64,000 nt of DNA from Coleofasciculus sp. B1-GNL1-01 (GCA_040220235.1 JAVJTO010000051.1); one strand, 5' to 3'. Counted from the stretch's first letter, positions 21,171-29,633 are shown. Program-made: numbers and translations. The notes: generated by a model from the sequence alone, not told the origin.

Positions 21171-22136
21171 GTGCTATTACCTTTGATGCCGTAAGGCGTT
21201 GAGCACGCTCGCAAAAAAACGGTTTCTGACGTGATACGTGAGTGCTATTACCTTTGATGCCGTAAGGCGTTGAGCACAAAACTTAGTGTTCGACAAAGAT
21301 AACACTGTATCGTGCTATTACCTTTGATGCCGTAAGGCGTTGAGCACGATAGATTTTTATTCAGCCTATCGTGGATTTTTTGGGTGCTATTACCTTTGAT
21401 GCCGTAAGGCGTTGAGCACAGAGCATTTAGACCTACGGCGCTACCCAAGCCAGTTGTGCTATTACCTTTGATGCCGTAAGGCGTTGAGCACCCTTCCTAG
21501 AGGGTAAATACTATACTTTATCTTTAGAGTGCTATTACCTTTGATGCCGTAAGGCGTTGAGCACTGAACCGTATTCTCTTTCAAATCCATCGTGACTGTA
21601 GTGCTATTACCTTTGATGCCGTAAGGCGTTGAGCACGTTCTCAGCCGTGTTTAAGATTGTTTGATTTCCCTGGTGCTATTACCTTTGATGCCGTAAGGCG
21701 TTGAGCACTAGTAAACGAGCCTGGTCAAAAGGGCTGTCCTGCTGTTGTGCTATTACCTTTGATGCCGTAAGGCGTTGAGCACTTAGTTTAAGCTGTCAGC
21801 AAGCAACTGAGAATAAGTGCTATTACCTTTGATGCCGTAAGGCGTTGAGCACGATACAGTGTTCTTGGGAAAAGAGCACCTAGAGATCTGTGCTATTACC
21901 TTTGATGCCGTAAGGCGTTGAGCACCTCCTTTTCGGAAAGAGGTATTGTTCGAGCCTCTGTGCTATTACCTTTGATGCCGTAAGGCGTTGAGCACAGACT
22001 AATAACACACAACAAGACACTCGGTTAAATGTGCTATTACCTTTGATGCCGTAAGGCGTTGAGCACGAAGAATCCTTAGATGCGATCGCGAATAGTTCTC
22101 GTGCGATTACCTCAGATGCCAATCGGCGTGTTCAAC
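21171..22136 (+). CRISPR. CRISPR array 1: 13 identical 36-bp repeats plus 1 degenerate terminal repeat, 13 spacers (34-38 bp)
   Basis: Repeat GTGCTATTACCTTTGATGCCGTAAGGCGTTGAGCAC; terminal repeat gtgcgattacctcagatgccaatcggcgtgttcaac at 22101-22136. Confidence 0.99.
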
Positions 22137-22156
22137 TCTAACCAAAGGTATCTTTT

Positions 22157-23809
22157 ATGCAAACACTTGATTCGACCCAAGACACGATTCGTGTGTCTGC
22201 CCTCCACGCCCTCGCTTATTGTCCGCGCCTATTCTATCTAGAAGAAGTCGAAGAACTCTACACCCAAGACGCCGCCGTTTTTGCAGGGCGCCGACTCCAT
22301 GTCGAACTGGAAAAACAAGAGGATGAAGACTGGGAAGACTTATTCCTAGAAAGCCCAGAACTCGGATTACGCGGTCGAGTGGACGCCCTCCGCACCCGCG
22401 ATGGACAAACCATTCCCTACGAACATAAACGCGGACGCTGTTACCGAGACGAGAACAATCAACCCCAAGCCTGGGACAGTGATAAACTGCAAATTCTCGC
22501 CTACGCTTACCTGATTGAATCGGCTTTGGGTATCCCAATTTCAGAAGGACGAATTCGTTACCACGCCGATAACGTCTTAGTTCATGTTCCCCTAGATGAT
22601 CTCGGACGCGCCACGGTGCGAGATGCTATCCAACAAGCGCGAATTCTGCGACAATCCAGTCATCGTCCCCCCGTCACCGACAACGAGAGGATGTGTGTCC
22701 GTTGTTCCCTCTCCCCCGTCTGTTTACCCGAAGAAGCCCGACTCGCCCATAATCGGGAATGGCAACCGATGCGCCTCTTTCCCCCGGATGATGAACGCCA
22801 GGTGATTCATGTCTTGGAACCCGGAACAGCCGTTGGGCGTACCGGGGAACAACTGAAACTCAGCCGCCGGGGTCAACCTGTGGAAACGGTTCCCGTGCGT
22901 CAGGTGGGACAACTCGTCCTCCATAGTTTCTCCCAAATCTCCACCCAAGCGCTGCATTTTTGTGTGACTCAAGGAATTGGTGTGCATTTTATTTCTGGGG
23001 GTGGACGTTATATCGGTAGTTTTGATACCCGACAAGGCAGTATTCAGCGGCGCATCCATCAATATCAAGCCTTGAGTCAGCCGGATACTTGTCTGGAATT
23101 AGCCCGAAAATTAGTCACCTGTCGCGGTCAAGTACAGCGCAAATTCCTGATGCGGGGAAAGCGTGGCAGTCAGGGAAAATCGGCTAAACTAAAACGTGCG
23201 ATCGCGCAGATGAAAGCGGTACTAAAAAATGTCTCTTCTGCCCCATCTCGTGAATCGTTATTGGGATTGGAAGGGAATTTAGCCGCGTCCTATTTTGCCG
23301 CGTTACCCTGTTTAATTGCCGCCACAGTTCCGCCTGAATTACGCTTTGACCATCGCAATCGCCGCCCCCCCAAAGACCGATTTAATGCTTTGTTGAGTTT
23401 TGGCTATGCCTTATTAATTAAGGATGTGATGAATGCCATCCTCACCGTGGGACTAGAACCCGCATTGGGATTTTACCACCAACCTCGTTCTCAAGCTTCA
23501 CCATTGGCACTGGATTTAATGGAAATTTTCCGAGTTCCGTTGGTGGATATGGTGGTTATGGCTTCGATTAATAAAGGTCAGTGGGATGTACAAGCTGACT
23601 TTGACGTGCGAGGAGTACAGGTGTGGTTAAGTGATACGGGACGACGAAAGTTCGTGGGTTTATATGAACGCCGGAAACAGGAAACCTGGAAGCATCCTGT
23701 TACGGGTTATTCTCTCACCTATCGCCGTTTGTTGGAACTTGAAGTCCGTTTGCTGGAAAAAGAATGGTTCGGTGAAGGCGGTTTATTTGGTCAATTAATA
23801 GTGCGTTGA
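22157..23809 (+). CDS. cas1: Cas4-Cas1 fusion (type I-B/MYXAN)
   Basis: Cas4 YCPR, GRVD, YEHKRG, CVRCSLSPVC; Cas1 LGLEG, RNRRPPKDRFNALLSFGY, LALDLMEIFR. Confidence 0.96.
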   Translation: MQTLDSTQDTIRVSALHALAYCPRLFYLEEVEELYTQDAAVFAGRRLHVELEKQEDEDWEDLFLESPELGLRGRVDALRTRDGQTIPYEHKRGRCYRDENNQPQAWDSDKLQILAYAYLIESALGIPISEGRIRYHADNVLVHVPLDDLGRATVRDAIQQARILRQSSHRPPVTDNERMCVRCSLSPVCLPEEARLAHNREWQPMRLFPPDDERQVIHVLEPGTAVGRTGEQLKLSRRGQPVETVPVRQVGQLVLHSFSQISTQALHFCVTQGIGVHFISGGGRYIGSFDTRQGSIQRRIHQYQALSQPDTCLELARKLVTCRGQVQRKFLMRGKRGSQGKSAKLKRAIAQMKAVLKNVSSAPSRESLLGLEGNLAASYFAALPCLIAATVPPELRFDHRNRRPPKDRFNALLSFGYALLIKDVMNAILTVGLEPALGFYHQPRSQASPLALDLMEIFRVPLVDMVVMASINKGQWDVQADFDVRGVQVWLSDTGRRKFVGLYERRKQETWKHPVTGYSLTYRRLLELEVRLLEKEWFGEGGLFGQLIVR

Positions 23810-23817
23810 GGTGGGAT

Positions 23818-24111
23818 ATGGGTGAACAAAAAAACTGGTACTTAATTTGTTACGATATCCGCTGTCCCAAGCGCTGGCGCAAGGCGTATAAGTTACTTCA
23901 GGGATACGGTGAGCGGATTCAATACTCTATTTTCCGCTGTTTTTTGACCTTGCGGGGACGGGAAAAGTTGCGATGGGAGTTGGAGAGGGTATTAAAGGCG
24001 GAGGATAGTTTATTGCTAATTCGTCTTTCCGATCAATGTGTAAGTGGACTTCGCGCTTATAATCGTCCTGAGGCTTGGTCTGAGGTTCAAGCGGGATATC
24101 GGATTGTTTGA
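23818..24111 (+). CDS. cas2: CRISPR-associated Cas2
   Basis: YLICYDI, RIQYSIF, EDSLLLI. Confidence 0.95.
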   Translation: MGEQKNWYLICYDIRCPKRWRKAYKLLQGYGERIQYSIFRCFLTLRGREKLRWELERVLKAEDSLLLIRLSDQCVSGLRAYNRPEAWSEVQAGYRIV

Positions 24112-24119
24112 TGCAACAC

Positions 24120-24155
24120 TTAAGATTACCTCGGATGCCATTAGGTGTTGATTGA
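24120..24155 (+). repeat. Isolated degenerate CRISPR repeat just after cas2
   Basis: ttaagattacctcggatgccattaggtgttgattga keeps ATTACCT and hairpin GATGCC-ATTA-GGTGTT. Confidence 0.75.
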
Positions 24156-24291
24156 TCATGTTTTAACCTCTCTCCTACAAGGAGAGAGTGCTTTTCTACT
24201 CTTGGAAATGGTGTATCACATTGAGTCTGAAAACGCTGTAGCAGCGAGCAAGATGTTAGCAGCGAGCAAGATGCTCGCACTACTATAAGGA

Positions 24292-24357
24292 TGGGTTTGG
24301 GAAAGGCTTGCCAAACCGATTGGCAGTTATTATGATTTAAGAGTTCCTGTGATCGCT
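24292..24357 (+). promoter_or_regulatory. Truncated third leader (promoter part only)
   Basis: Matches the last about 65 bp of leaders 1/2 at identical spacing; TTGCCA(24308)-17-TATGAT(24331). Confidence 0.85.
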
Positions 24358-24542
24358 GTGCCATTACCTTTGATGCTGTAAGCGTTGAGTAGAGTAGAGT
24401 AGAGTACCCATTAGGTGTTGAGCAGAGCAGCGTTGAGCACTATCCCGTAAGTTGGACAGTTGCTGTGAAGCGGGCGGTGAGATTTATTCTTACTTGGGTC
24501 TTGCTGTCCTTGTTCCCTCAGATGCCGTCAGGCGTTTTTCTT
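24358..24542 (+). ncRNA. Degenerate mini-CRISPR / crRNA-like regulatory RNA targeting the cas6 promoter
   Basis: Repeat 5' half gtgccattacctttgatgctg, 49-nt insert, 3' half cagcgttgagcac, guide tatcccgtaagt..., downstream degenerate repeat ccctcagatgccgtcaggcgtttttc. Confidence 0.75.
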
Positions 24543-24558
24543 GAATTTCCTTTTACTG

Positions 24559-24587
24559 TTGACGAGGTGTATAAACCAATGTATCCT
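24559..24587 (+). promoter_or_regulatory. Sigma70-type promoter of the cas6-cas3-cmx8-cas7-cas5 operon
   Basis: TTGACG-17 bp-TATCCT, about 150 nt upstream of the cas6 ATG. Confidence 0.7.
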
Positions 24588-24668
24588 GTAAGTAAGAATA
24601 GAACATCTTAAGCCAGATGGTGCTGAAATTTTGGCTGGTGGGCAATACCCACCCTACGACTGATTTGA

Positions 24669-24714
24669 GTGCCATTCATCCCCACCTCTGATCGCCGTCA
24701 GGCGCTGAAAACAC
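24669..24714 (+). repeat. Degenerate CRISPR repeat in the cas6 5' UTR
   Basis: gtgccattcatccccacctctgatcgccgtcaggcgctgaaaacac; hairpin CGCC-GTCA-GGCG. Confidence 0.7.
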
Positions 24715-24736
24715 CTGGTTTCAACTAGGTTCAACA

Positions 24737-25372
24737 ATGAATTCGACAATAGTAGAACGGCAAACAGGTGCGTCTCCTATCGAACTGTTTGTCAATTTAA
24801 GCTTTAGTATTCAAGGACAAATGCTGCCGGCTGATCACGGCTTTGGCTTGTTTTCGGCTTTATCTAAACTTTGTGCGGCGATTCACCAGCAGAATGAAAT
24901 TCAGATATTGACGATTCCCGGTATTCCCGATCGCCAAGGGAAGATTGCGCTGACGGATAGATCGCGCCTGCTGATTCGTTTACCGATTACCAAGATTCCC
25001 TTGGTTTATGCGATCGCGGGAAAGCGAGTTCACATTGGTAATCATCCCATCCAGATTGGGATTCCCAGGATTGAACCCCTCAACGCCAAGTCAAGGGTGC
25101 GATCGCGGATTGTGACGATTAAAGGTTATACCGAACCCGAATCCTTCCTCCAGGCGGCGCAGCGTCAACTGAATCGGTTGGGGGTGTCGGGAGAGGTGCG
25201 AATTCCTCTAAATCGGGATCAAACACCAAAGCGCAAAGCGATAAAAATTCAGCAGGATACGGTAGTTGGATTTACCACTGAAGTTAGCCATCTTAGTGAA
25301 GAGGATTCCCTGACATTGCAACGGTGGGGATTAGGAGGGCGGCGACACATGGGTTGTGGGGTGTTTTTGTAA
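24737..25372 (+). CDS. cas6: Cas6 (Cmx6) crRNA endoribonuclease
   Basis: LPADHG, C-terminal glycine loop GLGGRRHMGCGVF. Confidence 0.95.
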   Translation: MNSTIVERQTGASPIELFVNLSFSIQGQMLPADHGFGLFSALSKLCAAIHQQNEIQILTIPGIPDRQGKIALTDRSRLLIRLPITKIPLVYAIAGKRVHIGNHPIQIGIPRIEPLNAKSRVRSRIVTIKGYTEPESFLQAAQRQLNRLGVSGEVRIPLNRDQTPKRKAIKIQQDTVVGFTTEVSHLSEEDSLTLQRWGLGGRRHMGCGVFL

Positions 25373-25497
25373 CCACTGATTTGACAGATTTATGGGGGAG
25401 ATGGGGGTGGGGGTGAGAGGTTAGTCACACTGATTACACTGAAACGTTAGTTCTCTCGTCTTGGGATGCTGAATCTGCCGCGAAAATTAGGTTGATT

Positions 25498-27849
25498 ATG
25501 TCTAAATTTAAACGACTTCTGGCTAAATCTATCTCTGATTCTGACTCAATTCGGAGTCAAAATGCGGCAAGATTTATAGGTCATATTGCTTTAGTTAAAC
25601 GAGGGGCTGAGGTATTACTTCAGCGTTTAGATAAACGGATTTTTCAACAACTGGGATTGGATGAGAATGAAGTGGAATTATTTACCAATACGGTGAGATT
25701 GGGGGCGTACTTACATGATTGGGGTAAGGCAAATCAGCATTTTCAAGAGATGGTTTATCTGCATACTGCCAAAAAATCCCAAGATCCGAAAAAACGGGAC
25801 AAGCTTAAACAACTGCGTCAATTATGGAATAAACATCAGGGTAAACAAATGATTCGCCATGAAGTTTTAAGCGGTATCCTCGCCTTGCGTGTTCCTGAAT
25901 TTCGCCATTGGTTAGAACAATGTCCCAATACTAATCTGGTGATAGCTGTTTGGGCGGCGATGGGACATCATTTGAAGATGAGTTCTGACCTGGACTTGAC
26001 AATCCGTAGTGGTACCGGAAGTGGTTTATTTATTTATACCGACCACAATGATTTTAAACAAATGTTAAAAATGGGTCGGCAATTGGGACTCCCGGCTAAT
26101 TTGCCTGCCGTTCCTGGAAAAGTTTGGCAGAAGGAAGAACTAGAACGAGAATTAAAAGAATTATATCAGGAATTTGACCAGATTGAACAGCAGATTATCG
26201 CTGAAAACGATACTAGGCGACTGAGATTTATTGCGGCGGTGAAAGCTACGGTAATCGCGGCGGATTTAGCGGGTTCGGCTTTACCTGTTGTGGACGAGAA
26301 TATTAAGGATTGGATTGAGAACGTTTTATCGATTACCCTATCTGAAAACGACTTAGATCAGGTTCTCCAACAACGACTGCAAGGGAAAAAATTACGCCCG
26401 TTTCAACAGAAAATTGCCGCGACTCCCCATCGAATTACTTTAGTTAAAGCCGGGTGTGGTACGGGAAAAACCGTTGGGGCGTATGCGTGGGCAAAAAAAT
26501 GGGCAGGCGATCGCAAGTTATTTTTTGGCTATCCGACGACGGGAACCGCGACTCAGGGGTTTATTGATTACGCCCATGAGACAAAAATTGAAGCCGATTT
26601 AATGCATTCTCGCGCTGATTTAGACCGAGAGATCTTGTTTTCTGGGGATGAAGATGAAGGGATTGAGGATCGCTTAGCCGCCCTCACCGCTTGGAGACAA
26701 AAGTTGATTGTTTGCACCGTAGATACGGTTTTGGGGCTAATGCAAAATAATCGGCGATCGCTGTATTCCTGGAGTGCGATCGCTCAAGGGGCTTTTGTGT
26801 TTGATGAGGTTCATGCTTATGATAACCGCTTATTTGGGGCTTTATTGCGATTTATAGACACCTTTCGCGGCGCACCCATTCTGTTGATGAGTGCCAGTTT
26901 TACACCAGAACAGATTCAGGCAATTCAAGGAGTAGTTGGCGAATTAGGAGAAGCGACTCAGATTATTGAAGGTCCGAAAAATTTAGAAGTTTTACCGCGA
27001 TATCAGATTGAGTCTATCCCATCAGCCGATAACGCTTGGCAGAAGGTGCGAGAAACCTTAACTCGTCAACACCAGAATAAAGTGTTATGGGTGACAAATT
27101 CGGTTAACACCTGTCGGGAACTGTATCTAGAGGCAAAAAAACAGCTTCCGGATTCAATCCCTATATTAATTTATCACAGTCGCTATCGCTATTTTGACCG
27201 ATTGGAGAAACATAAAGCCGTGATCAACGCCTTTGAACGTGACGGGGCGGTGTTAGCAATTACCACTCAAGTTTGTGAAATGTCCTTAGATTTGAGTGCG
27301 GATTTATTAGTCACGCCCATCGCCCCAGCATCGGCGTTAATTCAGCGATTAGGGCGATTAAATCGGCGGGTGATTACTACAGCAAACTATCGGGTAAAAC
27401 TGGCGTCGGGTCAAATTACCCCAGCCTTAGTTTACCCCTGGGATGATTCACGTCCTTATTCCCAAGACGAATTAGAAACGGGACAGCAGTTGGTTAATAA
27501 ACTAGCCGAAAAAGTGATTTCCCAGCAAGATTTAGCCACGATTGTCGCCCAAATGTCTACTCCAGAACAACAGCCAAGTCAATCGGAATGGTTAGAGGGA
27601 TGTTGGTGTACCCGTCCTAATTTTCTACGGGAACCGGGCTATACGATTACGGTTTTACTAGAGGAAGATTTAGTTAATATTAAAAATGCCGCCAATCAAC
27701 GTCAGGATAAATCCTTTAAAAAAGAACGTCAACGGTGGACAATTCCAATTCGGATTATCCCTGGGTTTGAGAAGTGGCGGCGGAATGGATATTATCCCAT
27801 CGCACCCCCTGATCAAGTGGAATACAGTTCAGAAACAGGGGCAAAATGA
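25498..27849 (+). CDS. cas3: Cas3 HD nuclease-helicase
   Basis: HDWGK, RHE, GHH, AADLAGS; GCGTGKT, DEVH, MSAS, QRLGRLNR. Confidence 0.96.
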   Translation: MSKFKRLLAKSISDSDSIRSQNAARFIGHIALVKRGAEVLLQRLDKRIFQQLGLDENEVELFTNTVRLGAYLHDWGKANQHFQEMVYLHTAKKSQDPKKRDKLKQLRQLWNKHQGKQMIRHEVLSGILALRVPEFRHWLEQCPNTNLVIAVWAAMGHHLKMSSDLDLTIRSGTGSGLFIYTDHNDFKQMLKMGRQLGLPANLPAVPGKVWQKEELERELKELYQEFDQIEQQIIAENDTRRLRFIAAVKATVIAADLAGSALPVVDENIKDWIENVLSITLSENDLDQVLQQRLQGKKLRPFQQKIAATPHRITLVKAGCGTGKTVGAYAWAKKWAGDRKLFFGYPTTGTATQGFIDYAHETKIEADLMHSRADLDREILFSGDEDEGIEDRLAALTAWRQKLIVCTVDTVLGLMQNNRRSLYSWSAIAQGAFVFDEVHAYDNRLFGALLRFIDTFRGAPILLMSASFTPEQIQAIQGVVGELGEATQIIEGPKNLEVLPRYQIESIPSADNAWQKVRETLTRQHQNKVLWVTNSVNTCRELYLEAKKQLPDSIPILIYHSRYRYFDRLEKHKAVINAFERDGAVLAITTQVCEMSLDLSADLLVTPIAPASALIQRLGRLNRRVITTANYRVKLASGQITPALVYPWDDSRPYSQDELETGQQLVNKLAEKVISQQDLATIVAQMSTPEQQPSQSEWLEGCWCTRPNFLREPGYTITVLLEEDLVNIKNAANQRQDKSFKKERQRWTIPIRIIPGFEKWRRNGYYPIAPPDQVEYSSETGAK

Positions 27850-27909
27850 TTTGTAGGGGCGCTATCCTTGCGCCCGAAAAACTCAAGGAAACGCCAATAA
27901 TTTGAATCA

Positions 27910-28080
27910 GGGCGGGTTTTGTTGTTCATTTATCGGTGAGGAGGGCGGGTTTTGTTGTTCATTTATCGGTGAATATCTGAATTTAGTCCCTAAACCCGCC
28001 CCTACAGATTCCCTAAACCCGCCCCGACAATTGATTCCCTAAACCCGCCCCGACAATTGTCCCTAAACCCGCCCCGACAA
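27910..28080. repeat. Compound REP-like palindrome cluster (gggcgggttt ... aaacccgccc x4)
   Basis: Duplicated left arm and four tandem ccctaaacccgcccc right arms between cas3 and cmx8. Confidence 0.8.
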
Positions 28081-28130
28081 TCCGGATTAATCAAAGGTAA
28101 ATTCATAACTAATAGGTCGATTAAACGTTT

Positions 28131-29633
28131 ATGTCAACCCAATTAACTTTAAAATTAAATAATCCTCACTTTACTTTACTCCATCGCGCCGGATTAGCTG
28201 GGTTATGGATGAGTTTAAAGCAACTTGAAGCCGAAACAAATATTCGCGATCGCCCGGGTTATATTACCTGGGAACTAACACAGCGTCAGGTGAGTTTACA
28301 GTGGGAGGGAGAGGATTTTCAAGTCTTAAATTGGCTATTAAACGAATCCTTTCAATTAGACGATGGACGGATATCTTTAAGAGGATTAGTCTCGAAGACA
28401 ATGGACATTCAATCTCAGTTAATCCTGCACCAAGGTATCCTGGGAACATTTTTACAACATAATAAAACCCATACATCTACAGGACTTGTCTCTAAATCCT
28501 TTGTGATTGAAGAAGGTAAACCCGAATTAGTGGCGCGATATAAACATCTCTCTGGATACATCTATCAACAGGCAAAAATACTGTGTGACAAGCAGGGAAA
28601 ATTCCTCACCAAACCGATTAAAGTACCGGGATGGTTAAATCCGGGGACAGTAGTACGACATATTGCCTTTAGTTCCAGTACCAGCTTTGAAGAACCACCA
28701 GACGCCGTATTCGTTTTATTATTTGCCGCCGTAGCCTGTTGTTACTATTCGATTCGGTCTAAATTACGGGATAAACGGGCAGAATATGCTTTAGTAATTC
28801 CCGAAATTACCGACTTAGCCGCTTATGCCAATTGGCGGCGTCATCGGAAATGGCGCGAGGAGGGATACAAGGACTTTTTTGCCTCTGGGTTAGGGGATGC
28901 GGGGTTAAAATTTTTGACTTATATTACTAAGGATATTTTGGCAGAACGTCCCTTACAACGCTGTCAGGTGATTACATTAGGAACAGTTCCTTGGGCAAGT
29001 CAACAAAAAACGCGCACGGATTTGTATTTAGTGGAGGCAAATGAACGAATTGAGCGGAATTATCAGGTTTGCGATAATTATTTAAGTACCCGTGATGTGG
29101 CGGGGAAAGAAGGGTTGTTTATTTCCTGTAGTTTTGCCAGGGAGTTAATTGCAGAAAACTTAGCCAGGGGTAAACATTGGTATGCAGGTTTGGCAGATAA
29201 TGCCACAAGTAACGAGTTATTTCAAAAATTGACCTATGAACGCGGAGGACTAAATCAGATGGTTCAAGAAGTGGAATGGGATCGAGAAAGTGAGAAGCTA
29301 TTTGTCAAGGCTTGTCATGAAGCGATCGCCTATAACCATAAACAACTTTATAAACGAGCAAAAGAGAAGAAGGAAGAGCCGAATTATGAACGGGAGGATA
29401 CCAAATTTCGCACCGGATTAGCACGGTGTAAAACCGCTGTGGCGTTTCGGGAGTTTATTACCGATTACTTGTCGAGGGCGCAATTTATGCCCACCCTGGA
29501 GGAAAATTGGGAAGAGTTTATGGATTTGATTCTGGGGGCAAAGGATTGGAAAAAAGGACGAGATTTAGCGTTATTAGCCTTAGCCAGTTATCAGCGCAGT
29601 AGTCAGAGTCAAGAGGAGGAATTTGATTTTTAA
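28131..29633 (+). CDS. cmx8: Cascade large subunit Cmx8 (Cas8, type I-B/MYXAN)
   Basis: LLHRAGLAGL, GTFLQH, GWLNPG..VRH, QQKTRT, DLALLALASY. Confidence 0.92.
   Translation: MSTQLTLKLNNPHFTLLHRAGLAGLWMSLKQLEAETNIRDRPGYITWELTQRQVSLQWEGEDFQVLNWLLNESFQLDDGRISLRGLVSKTMDIQSQLILHQGILGTFLQHNKTHTSTGLVSKSFVIEEGKPELVARYKHLSGYIYQQAKILCDKQGKFLTKPIKVPGWLNPGTVVRHIAFSSSTSFEEPPDAVFVLLFAAVACCYYSIRSKLRDKRAEYALVIPEITDLAAYANWRRHRKWREEGYKDFFASGLGDAGLKFLTYITKDILAERPLQRCQVITLGTVPWASQQKTRTDLYLVEANERIERNYQVCDNYLSTRDVAGKEGLFISCSFARELIAENLARGKHWYAGLADNATSNELFQKLTYERGGLNQMVQEVEWDRESEKLFVKACHEAIAYNHKQLYKRAKEKKEEPNYEREDTKFRTGLARCKTAVAFREFITDYLSRAQFMPTLEENWEEFMDLILGAKDWKKGRDLALLALASYQRSSQSQEEEFDF
29259..29633 (+). CDS. cas11: Cas11 small subunit from an internal in-frame start in cmx8 (124 aa)
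   Basis: GGAGG at 29244-29248 and in-frame ATG at 29259 (MVQEVEW); internal Cas11 translation is established for I-B/I-C/I-D. Confidence 0.8.
   Translation: MVQEVEWDRESEKLFVKACHEAIAYNHKQLYKRAKEKKEEPNYEREDTKFRTGLARCKTAVAFREFITDYLSRAQFMPTLEENWEEFMDLILGAKDWKKGRDLALLALASYQRSSQSQEEEFDF

Noticed and set aside
20989..22122. ORFs over array 1 and leader (CSTPYGIKGNST repeats), likewise 31763-32311
   Set aside because: Translations of CRISPR repeats and REP tandem, not proteins
24156..24290. CreT-like toxin RNA next to the mini-array
   Set aside because: The AAGGAG lies within a common palindromic repeat, the rest is REP sequence, and the guide's visible target is the cas6 promoter; no supportable toxin RNA
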